DNA of 64,000 nucleotides from the human T2T-CHM13v2.0 reference genome, Homo sapiens. The notes below the pieces were generated by a model. It was not told the origin of the DNA, made no database searches, and was given only the letters and a program-made list of their open reading frames with translations. The stretch lies in the NCBI RefSeq assembly GCF_009914755.1, contig NC_060934.1; one strand, written 5' to 3'. The translations under genes and the position numbers were made by a program. Each line of letters begins with the position of its first letter. Position 1 is the first letter of the stretch. Shown here in pieces: positions 48,737-62,490 of the stretch.

Positions 48737-49099
48737 CAAGATCAGGCTAATGTACTGTGGGCAACGACCCCCAATCCAAGCCCGAGTTTCCTGGATTGTG
48801 TTCAGGTTTGGGAGAGTTCAGGGGGTATTTTCCCAACTGGAGCCCTCTTTGGGTCCCCATGGCACCCTGAACCCATTTCCATTACAGCCCCCTTAGACTC
48901 TTGGGGCACTTTCTCATTCACACCTTGGTTTGCCTCTGGCAGAGACCCAGAGAAGGCAAAGACCTTTTCTTGTACATCCCTGTATCCTTGAGAGCTTCCT
49001 TCCAGAGAGATGCAGTGCCTCCCTTCCAGAGGAAGGAAAGAAGGAAGGGAGGCTGGGGGAAGGAAGGGAAGGAGCCAATCTGCTTTTGTACACTGGGAA

Positions 49100-49510
49100 A
49101 AACGAACCTCTTCTTAAGGCGCACAAGCTCCGCCCCTCTTCAGGGTCGTGCACGTATTCGCCATCTTCCGCGACTGTCACCTGTGGACGGCTAACAGCTC
49201 AGCCCTTCACTGGGCATTGCGCTTGGCTGCAGGGAACTGCTTTGCCCAAAGTTATGGCTCTATCTGTGTGGCCTGTGGCCAGTGACTGGCAGATGGAGGC
49301 ACAAAGGCCAGCCCTTTGTCTCAATTAAGGACAACTCTGGAGCATCCTGCAAGACTGGATGAGGTGTCTGTTGCAACCACATTTGGGGTCATTTTCTCTC
49401 CGCCCAATCCTGTCTTCTCAGTTTCCTTACAGATATATCTCCTGAGAGCACTCCCCAATAAACCTGCGTGTACCTCCTTGTCTCAGTGTATCTTTCCAAC
49501 CGAAGACACT
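49100..49510 (+). mobile_element. LTR16A-like ERVL LTR
   Basis: gggaactgctttgcccaaagtta...ggacaactctg...cctgagagcactccccaataaacc. Confidence 0.75.
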
Positions 49511-50072
49511 CACCTCGCAGACTCTGGGAACCCGCAGGATATCTGGAGCCTCCATTAAAGGCTGTGGTCACTCACCCACCTGGGACTCCCTTTCCTAGAG
49601 ACCAAGGAAACTCTGCGCACCGTTCTCAACACCAGACCGTGTGAGGCTGAGGGAGAGGCACTGGAATGACAGAATCTGGAAGCCCTGGGTTCTGCCACTG
49701 GTGAGCTGGGTGACTTACGCAAGTCCATTAACTCCTCTGACCCACAGGGTTCTCAAATGCAAAACAAGGAGAGGAATTTCCTATCTCATAGGGTTAATTC
49801 AGAATTCATAAGTGAATGGGCTTTGCACAGTGCGGGACACAAAGTAGAAATACACAAGTGTGAAAGTTTGGCTTTCAGAGTTTCCTGCCCATCTCCAGCT
49901 CCTTACCTCCCTCTATCCCCACCCTCTTTCCACACATCATTCCAGGACAGGTGTGGCCAGCAGCAGAAGGGCCAACTGACCCCCACCAGGGGACCTGTGG
50001 CTTTGGCTCTCCACAGTGACTTGGCATACTCTAAAATGCAAGTCACTTAAGGTCTATTAAAAGGTAAGTCAT

Positions 50073-50378
50073 GGGCAGGCACGGTGGCTCACGTCTGTGA
50101 CCCCAGCACTTCGGGAGACCGAGGCAGGTGGATTACTTGAGGCCAGGAGTTTGATGCCAGCCTGGCCAAGATGGTGAAACCCAGTCTACTAAAAATACAA
50201 CAATTAGCAGGCCATGGTGGTGCACAACTGTGGATGCAACTACGAGGTGGGAGAATCGCTTGAACCTGGGAGATGGAGGTTGCAGTGAGCCAAGATCACG
50301 CCACTGCCCTCTACCCTGGGCCACAGAGCGAGACTCCATCTCCAACAACAACAAAAAAACAAACAAACAAAAAACAAA
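50073..50378 (+). mobile_element. Alu, followed by L2 3' fragment (~50380-50830)
   Basis: TSD a(a/g)gtaagtca; L2 ends ...gttaagtgaatgaatga. Confidence 0.85.
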
Positions 50379-51172
50379 GTAAGTCACGTCCACTGTTCCC
50401 ACGGCTTCCTGTCTTTCTGACCCTTTTCTGCAACTAAACCTCTTATTTTCTCCAGCCACATCAGCCTCTAGCTGTGCATCACTCATACCAGATGGACTCC
50501 CACCTGGGGTCTTCGCACTTGCCACCCTCTTGTCCTAGAACAGCTTTCCACCCAGCTCACACTCTCCTCTCCTTCAAATTCTTACCCGAAGGTCAGAGAG
50601 GCCTTTCCTGACACCCCTGCCCCATTAAAAATAGCAGAACTCCCCAGCCCTGCCTATCCCAACTCTCCACTTCAGCACTCCTCACCATCCAACATGCCGT
50701 GTGGTTTCTTTATTCACTGCTTGTCTTTCTCCATTGGAAGAGAGGACAGTCTACTGTCTCCCAGTACCTACAACAGCATCTGGCGTGAAATACATGCACA
50801 ATATGTTTTGTTAAGTGAATGAATGAGCCTGTTTGTATGCTTCACAGGCAGGTGAAACTGAACAAAGCAAATCCACTAGTGAAACCAGGGAAAATTGATA
50901 CCAGCCCTTGGAAAAGGAGGGATAAAAGTCCCCAAGCTTGGCTAGAATCTAAAGTTTGTGCCAGGCCAAGGCAGTACCTAGGATCTCTCCTGCCACCCCA
51001 ACCAGGAGCTTCTTGAGGGCAGGAGCCATTGCCCCACTATCTCTCTATTAGCTGCTCGGTGGCCAGATTGGTCCCTGGCAAGTGGAAAAAAGGCTGTGAT
51101 CCAATGAGTTTGGGAAGGATTAAGTGAAGTTAAACAAGTTTCCCAACTCCAGGATTTTTCAGAGCACCCCTC

Positions 51173-51853
<681 letters not shown>

Positions 51854-52361
51854 GCGGAACCCATTTTTCAAGGTGAGTAAAGGATCCACAGAGTATGCTT
51901 TGGGAAACAGTGGCATAACCTCACTATCTGAAATGCAAGGGATTCTGGAGGAAATCTAGTGCTCTACATCCTCTTCACAGAGGAGGAAGTGAGAAGTGAG
52001 AGAGGGAACCCCAGAGTGGGAACCGGAGGTACTGCACGTCACAAGGCAGATCAGAAGTGAGGCTAGGGCTAGAATCAGCCATCTCTAGCCTCCAGAATAC
52101 ATGCTGCTTTCAGTCCTGACTCTGGGGTTCTGGACCTTGGATTATCAGGCCTGCTTTGCTCACTTGCTCTTAAGAAGTGCCAGGAACTTAAAAGAGGAAA
52201 GGCCTCAGAGATGTGGAAGTCCCACTGCTGACATCACTAGGTGTTCTGGCCTCTGCTTCCTGCCATGACCCAACTCTGGGCTTGTAATCTGTGCCTGGGA
52301 GCCCAATGTTTCCCACCTACACCTCCTTCCTTGCCCCACCACCCCTCTCTGGCTTAGGTGT

Positions 52362-53036
<675 letters not shown>

Positions 53037-53221
53037 GGTGTTCTCAAAGTGTGGTTCTGGGACCAGCAACATCAGCATCACCTGGGTGCTTGCTAGAAAT
53101 GCAAACCCTCTAGATTCACCCCAGACCTACTGAATAAGAGACTCTGGGGGTGGGCCCAGCAATCTGTGTCTTCACAAGCCCTCAGGACGTTGTGACTCAG
53201 GCTAAAGTTTGGGAACCACTG
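53037..53221 (+). mobile_element. MER5A
   Basis: ttctcaaagtgtggt...cagcatcacctggg...tagaaatgcaaa...aagtttgggaaccactg. Confidence 0.9.
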
Positions 53222-53826
53222 CCCTCAACCACACTAACTCAGACTACGCAGCTCCAGAGAAGGGCCTTTCCTGGGCCTTTCAGGCGCCCAGTGACAAGGT
53301 AACCTCCAGGGCTCTTAGGAAGGATCATGGAAAGCCCAGGGCACAAAATCTCCAGAGTTTCTTATAGAGCTCAGTGGGTTCCAACCACTTGAACTTGTCA
53401 CCACCTAAACCCTGGAGTTAATTTACTCTCTGCTTCATTTCATTCGTTGGTCTAATCCATAGCTGCAATTTTATAAAACACAGACCTGGGCTGGGGAGTT
53501 TTTCAGGGTCCCATTCTGAAATAAATCATGGCAGTTGGTGGGCTATATGACACATGCATGGGGTGTCTGGAAGCATCTGAGTTCTACCTCAGTCCATGTA
53601 AGCCGAGGTGGGGTCTTTTTAGTGCATCAAGAGAGGTGCCTCTATTGAGTTCAATAGGTCCTTTTGGGGAATCCATCTGCTTCCCTCATTTCTATCCAGG
53701 TTGAAGTGGGCATGTGGGACTTTTGTAAAGAAACTGTAATCCCAGGGTTGCTGCATGGAGTAATTGCAGGGAATACCATTGTGCAATGCGAGGTCTGCAT
53801 GGCCACACATGATGGTCCCAGAACAC

Positions 53827-54268
53827 TGTGTTAGTCCATTCTTGCATTGCTATAAAGAAATGCCTAAGAGTGGGTAATGTATAAAGAAAAGGAGTTTTAT
53901 TGGCTCACAGTTTTACAGGCTGCACAGGAAGCATAGCAGCTTCTGTTTCTGGGGAGGCCTCAGGAAACTTTCGATCATGGTGGAAGTTGAAGGGTAAGCA
54001 GGTACATCTTACATGGCCAGAACAGGAGGAAGAGAGAGAGGAGGGAGGTTCCACACACTTTTAAACAACTGTCTCATGAGATAGTGAGATCTCATGAGAA
54101 TTCACTATCTCGAGGACAGCACCAGGCAGGGGAGGCCGGGGAGGATGGTGTTAAGCCATGAGAAACCACCCTCATGATCCTATCACCTCCCACCAGGCCC
54201 CACCTCCAGCACTGGGGATTACATTTCAACATGAGATTTGGGTGAGGACACAGATCCAAACCATATCA
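53827..54268 (-). mobile_element. MSTA-like MaLR solo LTR
   Basis: tgtgttagtccattcttgcattgctataaagaaat...acatgagatttgggtgaggacacagatccaaaccatatca. Confidence 0.9.
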
Positions 54269-55199
54269 GACCCCTACCCTCCTTGCTGTCACTCAGAAAA
54301 AGGACAACCCCTTCTTTTCCAACCCCCATCCCCAACTGGCTTCACAGATGGGCAGGAAGCTCCTCAAATGTGCCCATCAGAAGGATGGCTGGGCGAAGGT
54401 AGGCCACTATCTGCTCCCCACCAAGCACCACAGCCCTGGTGGTCTCCAGATTGCATCTCTGGTCACTGCCTCAGCTCCCATGGCTTATGCTTCCTGGGGG
54501 AGGGTGTAGATAATCTGGGTACCCACCCACTCCGCACTTATCCATGACCCACTCTCTCCTCCCTCCCTCCCTCAGCCCAGGCAGCAGTGCCTCTGCTGTG
54601 GCAGCCCTCCATCCATCCTCATCATTCAGAGGCCTCTGAAAGTATGCCTGTCAATATAATGCATGGCCTGTTGAGGGGAAGTGACATTTTGAATAGTGGA
54701 CACTTTCTGGGAGCATTCATCCTAGGTCAGCCTCGTGATAAATAAATACATTTGGAGTTTGAAGTCAGCAGGCAGGATACAGGGACCAGAACACAAGCAC
54801 AGATGCACACACCATAAGGCTGAGTTGATGGGGTGGACATAGGATGTGACAGAAAGGGAAAGAGGGAAGGCCCCACAAGCAGATTTTGGGGGCAATTTAT
54901 TCTCTTTCTTCCTGGCACCTCTAGGGAAAACAGGAAGCAAAAGAAGCTGCAATTTCCTTTATTCCTGAACCACAAGAAGGTCCCTGTTTCCTACCACCCT
55001 GTCTGTTCCTCACCTGTGCCTCTCCACACCCCCCAAACCCCAGTCCCGATCTTAATTACCCCTAACAGTGCCCTAAACAAAGTATTTATAAGGCTTACTG
55101 TGTTTGTCCTCCCGTTCCTATTAATAAAGTCTGGGAATGTAGGAAAGAAATATGGGCGGGTGACAGGGTATTTAATGGTGCCTCACCTTAAATGCATTT

Positions 55200-55580
55200 T
55201 AAAATATGTAAATCAATAAAAAAATTATTTGTAATAGCAGCCTAAGAGTGCTGGTTAGCCTGGCGCGGAGTGAAATGCATGCTACGAGCCCTATTACCAT
55301 ACATCCTGGGAGCTGTAGTTAGGATTAATCTGTCAAAGGGGATGGTTTAGTGTTGATGAATATGACATGTGACCATTAACGATGTTGATTTTATCTCCCG
55401 AGATTAGCATGATTTACTTCGGATGGATAATAATGTCATTTGCTTGATGCAGTAGATCTGTTTACGAGCTGATTAAATTGTAAGGCCTTGCCTCATTTCA
55501 TGCTATTTGGTTTACAGCTTCATTACCACAATCACAAAAGCTGGGGAAATGTCCCACATTCCATGTCACAATAAATCACT
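55200..55580. promoter_or_regulatory. Candidate conserved developmental enhancer
   Basis: No recognisable TE; dense homeodomain/PBX-HOX/MEIS-type motifs; several retained CpGs. Confidence 0.5.
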
Positions 55581-57139
55581 GCTTCACGTTGCTGGGATGG
55601 ATTTTAGCAGTTCTGCCCAGCACGGACTGTTCTTGGCTCCCCACTAATCTGTGATCCAGAATACATTAGGCGGATCTTCAGGAACACTGGAATGAGAGGG
55701 GGAAGGAATCCTCTTGGATCTTTTAATTGAGTGAGATTAAGGAAGTCCTTGAGTAATTAGCTGTAACAAATTACCTTATTATTTAGACAGTGAAGTCACT
55801 GTTTTTGTTGCAGGTATGATTATCATAAATATGCAGAAAAGTGACACTCGAGGAACCAGAGGGAAGCGTGGACGCAAATTTCATTTTTGTCCTGTGATTC
55901 TTTGTTGCAGGAGAGAGGCCATCCAAATGCAAGGTGGGCAGGGGGTCCTCATCACGTGCTTCTTCCAGGCGGGGTGGGAGGGGGTGCACGCCACACACCC
56001 ACAGCATGGCCTGCTCAGCACCTCTGGGTGGGAAGTGGCTGAAGTGGAAGGAATAGAGTGTCTGGTAACATGGGTTAGAATAGAAGTGTGTGAACCAGAC
56101 CTGCTCACTCTATGCCAAACCTGTGCCCAGACTGACCTGGCAGTAGAGACTCTCCCTTCAGTGCATGAGGGAGAGGGAAGAACAACAGAGATGGAAAAGG
56201 CAGGGCTACTTACCCCTTGGAAGACTGCGGAGGCAGATTTAACACAGGCCTGAAATGACTGTCTTCATTTCCGGAATACCTAAGAGGTTTAGAGCGCTTA
56301 CCACCTTCCAGGTCCCGTTCTCCCCAGTTACATAACCCTGGGAAGTTGGGACCATTATTCTCATCCTATGTTACAGATGAGGAAACTGAGGCTCAGGGAG
56401 CAACATGCCCAAGGTCACAGAGCCAGCCAGCTACAGAGCTGGAGTTTGAACCCAGACAATGGGGCCCTGGAGCTCAGCACGGTACCTATAGGCCACTGAA
56501 GCAGGCTCTAATGACTCAGGGTGAGGAGGGCACATTTTCAGGATTTTTGCTTCTGACTCCAGAATTAAAGCCCATAACCCCGAATGGGCCCTGTCTGGGA
56601 AGGATTTAAGATCAGCAATAATGAGAAGCACTGAGGCCAGGTCTTGAGTGGAAACTTTAGTAAGGTTTTGCACTGAGCAAAATCAAAGAGGATATGAAAC
56701 TGCTTCCTCGAGATTCCGCCTTTGGAAATAGAATGCAATCATGTCAAAGAGGAAAGGTGGCTTCTCTGCATCTCAGCTCAGAATGTCCCTAAAATACCAA
56801 GAGACAAAGGGGAAAAAATGTGGCCCCTGAAAATTCTGCAGAAGAGGTAATATTGTTTCAAAGTTCCATGCAATTTTATGTCTGAACTTCAGACTTGGCC
56901 CTCAAGTGCCTGCACCCACTAAAAAGAACCCATCATGATCCCCTTATGGCAGTGGCCATACAGACCTCGAATTGCATCATGGCATTCGCTGGAATTATTC
57001 AGTGCAGCTGAAATTATAGTTTCTTTATGAAAATCCCACACGCTCACTCCAACCTGGAAAGAAATCCAGGCCCTCCAATCTCCATTCCTTCTTTTTCCTG
57101 TAATGAAACCCTGATTTGTAATTGATTTTAACAAAATAA

Positions 57140-57844
57140 AGACTACGTTATCTAGCCTCTCTTGTAGCTAGATGGGTCTTGTGACCGAATTCTGGCCAAT
57201 AAGATGTAAGAGGAACTGTTGTGGCAACTTCTGGGATGTGCGTGTGTAATTTTTGTTTGTTTGTTTTGTTTTGTTTTGTTTTGAGACAGGGTCTTGCTCT
57301 GTTGTCTAGGCTGAAGTGCAGTGGTGCCATCACAGGTCACTGCAGCCTCAACCTCCCAGGATTAAGCAATCCTCGTACTCAACTTCCCCAGTAGCTGGGA
57401 CTACAGGCACACGCCACCATGCCTGGCTAATTTTTTTTGGTAATTTTTGTAGAGATGAGATCTCACTATGTTGCCCAGGCTGGTGTCAAGCTCCTAGCTT
57501 TGAATCCCCCACCTCAAACTTCCAAAGTTCTGGAATTACAGGCATGAGCCACTGTGTGTGGCCTGGGATGTGTTCTTAAAGGGAAGGGGTACACTTTTCT
57601 CTTCTTATTCCTGTTGGCTGAGAGGGAGATGTGATAGCTGGCACTCATGCAACCAGTATGGACCATGTGAAGAGGATAGTGGAGCAACAAAATAGAACTT
57701 TGAGTCTCTGATAACTTCATGAATTTGCCATGCCAATCCTGGGCTGCCTCCAGATTTCAATTGTGTGTATATGTGTGTGTGCAGTGGGGGGACAAATGGA
57801 TAAAGAGTTATTTTCATTTTCTGTCACTTGCCACAGAACCTAAT

Positions 57845-57886
<42 letters not shown>

Positions 57887-58180
57887 AGACGGTCTCACTT
57901 GGTGGCTCAGGCTGGGCACAATCTCTGCTCACTGCAACCTCTGCTTCCTGGGTTCAAGTGATTCTCCCATCTAAGCCTCCCGAGTAGCTGAGACTACAGG
58001 CATAAGCCACCGTGCTCAACTAATTTTTGTATTTGTTTTGGTAGAGACAGGGTTTTACCATGTTGGCCAGGCTAGTCTTGAACTCTTGACCTCAAGTGAT
58101 CCACTTGCCTTGGCCTCCCAAAGTGCTGAGATTATAGGCCTGAGCCACCACACCCAGCCTACAGAACCTAATTCTAATAA
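57140..58180 (+). mobile_element. MLT1-type LTR split by two antisense Alus (~57255-57563, ~57848-58159)
   Basis: agcctctcttgtagctag...tctggccaataagatgtaag...ctgtcacttgccacagaacctaat; TSDs tgggatgtg and acagaacctaattct. Confidence 0.78.
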
Positions 58181-58258
58181 ACAAACCCATAATTCAGTTC
58201 AGCCATGAGCCAAAATGGTGGTAGTCAAATACTCCCTTAAAGTATGAGGGAGTCATAC

Positions 58259-58980
58259 TTTTTTTTCATGTTTCAGTGGTATGTTTAATTAAACAAATGC
58301 TCATGACAGATTTTCACAACAGCAACAAATGTTATTTCACAACATCAAATCTTCCTTACTAAGGAAAAAATGGGAACAACAACAAGGCTGATGGATTTGG
58401 ATTATTTTTCATGTTTCCTGGAGGTAAAAGCAGTGTCCTCAACTTGTATTCCTCTGTTTCCTCATGTCGGAGACTATCTGTTTCCATTCTCTTTACCTCC
58501 TCTCTGGCTGTGTGTCCCCAGAAGGCAGCCTGGATTTTGACAGCAGCAACCTCTTCTTTTTCCTTATCTTCCTCAGAAGAGTCTAAGATGGTGACTGGTG
58601 TCTCTTTCTCCTTCCCAGATATTGGAGAGTTTTCTTGTTTAGGATCACATTTCTCAGGTGGTTCTTGCTCCTCGAATGCATGACTGTTCTAGAAGCAGTC
58701 TTCTACCTGAGTCCCCCATTCTGCTGGATCAAAAGTGGTTTTCTCTCTTTTCTCTGGAAAGCTGTCAAAATATGCTGCTGCAAAAGCTGTATATTATCTG
58801 GTTGCTCTCTCAGAATCTCGTGGGTCAGCTCTTTAAGAAGACTCCCAAATCCTTGCAGAATTCAGTAGTGGGTATTGGAGAATGGAATCGACATCCTCTT
58901 GGTAAGAACTGCCTATGGAGCCTCCTCTTTCTCTGGGAGCTGGTGCCGCTGGTCCAGCTTACTTCCTCCTCTGACCTCAT
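58259..58980 (-). pseudogene. SPA17P1: Processed pseudogene of sperm autoantigenic protein 17 (former CDS 58894->58439)
   Basis: Minus strand reads MSIPFSNTHY*ILQGFGSLLKELTHEILREQPDNI/AFAAAYFDSFPEKREKTTFDPAEWGTQVEDCF*NSHAFEEQEPPEKCDPKQ...EEVAAVKIQAAFWGHTAREE (RIIa D/D domain and IQ motif of SPA17); intronless, 3' UTR with ATTAAA and A8 remnant (58259-58266); stops at 58864-62 and 58691-89, 1-nt deletion near 58789. The P1 designation is from recall. Confidence 0.93.
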
Positions 58981-60294
58981 GTTCTAGGGATGCATGATCT
59001 CTCTCTTCCGGGGCAATTCAGGACCAGCACTGTCCAGCCTGCATCCTTCTTACTGATATCTGCCTTTCTTCCCCTAGGCTTCCTAACACACTGCTCTGGA
59101 TTCTCTGGTTGAAGGTTCAGCTGTGGCTGCAGCTCTTGACTTGCTCTTGATGTCAGGACACTGGGTTGGAAGCCCGAGGGGCCCATGGTCCTCATTGTGT
59201 AACCTGGGAGAAGGTTGGGCTTTTACACATGAGTCCTCATGATTTTTCTCAAACGGATTCTTCCCCATCCCAGCACACACCTTGCAGCCTCTTGACAGAG
59301 CACCCATCCATCTAGGGCTGGGGAAAAACCAGAATTTTCTGAGCAGAAAACTCTATTCTAGGGTGCTCCTCAGCCCCCATTCCTCCTGATGTCTACCACA
59401 GGTCCAATCCTCTTCCTCTAAGGCTCCAGCTCCTCTTGCCTGAGTTTCCCCCCACTTCTGCTTTCTTTTCTAGGATTTTCAGACCTCCAGGGTCCTGGGA
59501 GACCAGGGCAGAGGTCATCCCACCAGAACATGTCTTGGTGACTGCAATCTCTGCCCCTCAGACCCCAGCATTTCCTGAGCTCTGTGGGCCGCCCAGTCAT
59601 ACCCTCACCCAGGCAATCTTGGAGTCACTTTGTGACTCAGCCGCTCAGTCTCCTGGTCACTTAGTCACTCAATCAGCTCTTCGGTAGTTAAATCAACTAA
59701 CCAGTCACATGCTTCTGCCCTTGGCCAGGTGCTCAGATACTTCTTACTCCGCCATTTCGTTTGCTATCTGTTCATTGATCAGCCATTCACTGAACCTGAA
59801 TGAGCCAGCCCTGTGCTAAGTTAGTGGGGATAAACAGACACCAGGTACAAACCCTGTCCTGAACCAGGGCAGCTGCCAGTCTGTGTCCATCAGTCATTGG
59901 TCTGGCAGTCTGTTGGCTATTTAATTGATCTATTGGTCAATCAGCATGCCAGCTATTTGATCAATGGCCAGACCCTTGCCCTGGCAGACACTTGTCCTTG
60001 TGCTGAACTCTCAGGGTGTGTAGTCATCAGTCCATTCTTCAAAGGTGATTAGGAGACCTCAGAGGCTCCAGGAGGAGGTGCTCTGGAGCTGTGATGGAAG
60101 TTTAGGACGAGTCTGGCTCCTGTGGGAACTGGAAGGCCTGTGGGGCTTGCTCCCAAGTCAGGCCTCAGCTCAGGTGCTGGGAGGTGTGGGGCAGGGGATG
60201 CGGTCTGCTCTGTGTGGTGGGCGCTCCTGTCTGAGAACACTGAGGGCCCTGGATTCCAGCCCCCCTCTCTCCCTCCCTCCTGGTGATGGTGCAG

Positions 60295-60480
60295 ACACAC
60301 ACACACATGCGCATACACACACTGATAATCTCACACATGCACACACAGACTCACACCACACACATAAACTCATGAACTCAGATATATGATCACATACAAA
60401 TTCACAAACACACACACACTCGTACACACTTTCCCATATGGACTCACACAGGCACCAGCACACACTCATAAACACATAGA
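60295..60480. repeat. Degenerate (CA)n low-complexity tract
   Basis: Interrupted CA runs. Confidence 0.85.
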
Positions 60481-61349
60481 GTGTCACTTGGGCTTGTCCA
60501 AAAGTAAGTTTGTCCCTCATCACAGGCAGGCCCCCACAGATAGCCCCATGCCACACTCAGAGATAGGTCAAGTAGCAGTCTTACATCAAGGCAAGTGCCA
60601 CATGGACACAACTCCCTTGCCACATCCTCACTCCTAGCCCCTAGCTGGGTAGCTACCCAGCCAGGCCCCTAGCAGGGACACAGCCCTGTAGCCCTGCGGC
60701 CCAGCACCCAAATGATGCTCTGGCCATGGAGCCCTGTGCACCTCCCCAAAGCCCCCACCTGGTTGGGGTCATGCTCAGAGTTTGAGGAACCCTGACTCCC
60801 CACACTGGGGCCACATTCCCTCTTGAGCCAGTTTTCCTCTGAGGTCTCTTGTCCCCACAGGAGGTGATGCCTCTGGCTACCTCCCTGTCCCCAGCCCCCT
60901 GGGACTACCCATTGGTCTTGAGTCTTCCTCGCTGACCTTCATCCCTCTGCCTCTCCAAGTCTGATGTTGTTCCTCACAAAGGTGCTCAAAGGGAACTCGG
61001 ACACCTTTCTGTCCTTGGTGCTGAGACCCCATGCTATCCTCCCAGTTCTCTGCTACCAGACCACCCTTCTCGAGATGGAGATAGATGAGGGATGGGGAGC
61101 TGGGAATGTCCTTTTAAGGGGGTTCTCTATGGGGCCACGCCAAGGACAGAGCCTAGGGGAGGGACAAAGAGGTGGCCATCTTAGGGACCCGGAGGCCAGC
61201 AAGGCAGTGAGCTGAGAACCAGAAACATGGATAGAGGGACTTGCTATGGCTGGAGAAAGGCCAATCAGGAGACACACAGGAAGGTCACCGAGGTCACCCC
61301 TCTTCTGTGTGGCTGGGAGCATTCTCTTGGGATGGGCAAAGTGATACTG

Positions 61350-61845
61350 GCCTGTCTCAGTTATCTACTGCTACAAGAAAAAGAGTCTCAAATCAAGGGG
61401 CTTAAAAACAAGCCCAACTTTTATTTTATTCACAAATTGGCAATTTCGGTGAGGCTTAGTGGGGAGGGCTCATCTTGCTCCACTCCATTTTGGTCAGCTG
61501 GGGCGGCCCAAAGCCTGGGCCAGGAGTTGTCTGAACCTCATTCACTCATGTGGCTGGCACTTGACACTGCTGTTGGCTGGGGCTTCAGCTGGGGCTGTTG
61601 GCCAGAACACTCCCACATGGCCTGTCCTGTGGCTGCATGGCTTCCTCACAGCATGGTGACTGGGTCCCAGGGGTGTGCATTTCCAGAGGAAGCTGTTTCA
61701 CTGGTTACAATTTAGCCTTGGAAGTCCCATGGCATCACTTCCACTCCAACCACAGTCGAGGAAGGAGTGTCAGCTCCATAGTGTGAGAAGAGTATATGGG
61801 ATGGGATATATTGGTGGCACCAATGATTGGAAAATACAACTGGCA
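61350..61845 (-). mobile_element. MLT1F-like MaLR LTR
   Basis: tgtctcagttatctactgct...ggcttcctcacagcatggtgactggg...ggaaaatacaa. Confidence 0.75.
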
Positions 61846-62109
61846 GAATGACTGTTCTTCATAAACCTTCCTCATAAGTTTCAGCCTCCACCCTTACTCT
61901 AGCTTTCTTCTTCTGTTTTTTTTCTCCTTGGGTACACATCACTCACACCCCAGGTTTCAGCTTTCTCTTCTCTGTATACAATTCAAAAATTTACAGCTCC
62001 AGCCCTGACGCAATGCAGGCATCAGAAACTCAAGCCATACAAAAGTCTATCTCCCTGCCAAAGCCTGCTCTCCCTCTAGAATTTCTTCCAGGTACCCAGG
62101 CTTGGGTTC

Positions 62110-62490
62110 TACTTCATCCATTCCCCCATTTCCCCTGGCACATGGAACAACGAGAGACTAGAGATGAAGCCAGAAACTACATTTCACAGCCTCTCTTGCA
62201 GCTGGGTGTAGCCACGTGACTATGAGCAACTTCTTTCTCACCTGTTTGAAAGGACACTGTGCGCTTCTTCCTCCCTCTACCCTTCTGTGGCTGGAATATG
62301 CCCAGATTTGATCACAAGAATGAGCACAATATCCTAGGGGACAAAGGAGCTCCAAGATGGAAAGAATCTGGGCCCCTGAATGACATCATGAAGCAGAGTA
62401 GCCACAGAGACCATTACCTGAGAGAGAAATGTCTTTCTGATTTAGGTCCCTGTATTTGTTTTACCATTGCATAGCCCAATACCTGAGTCT
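62110..62490 (+). mobile_element. MLT1-type LTR
   Basis: ctacatttcacagcctctcttgcagctgggtgtagccacgtgact...aagatggaaagaatctgggcccctga. Confidence 0.65.

Noticed and set aside
58411-58987. + strand ORFs over the SPA17 copy
   Set aside because: Antisense shadows of the pseudogene CDS
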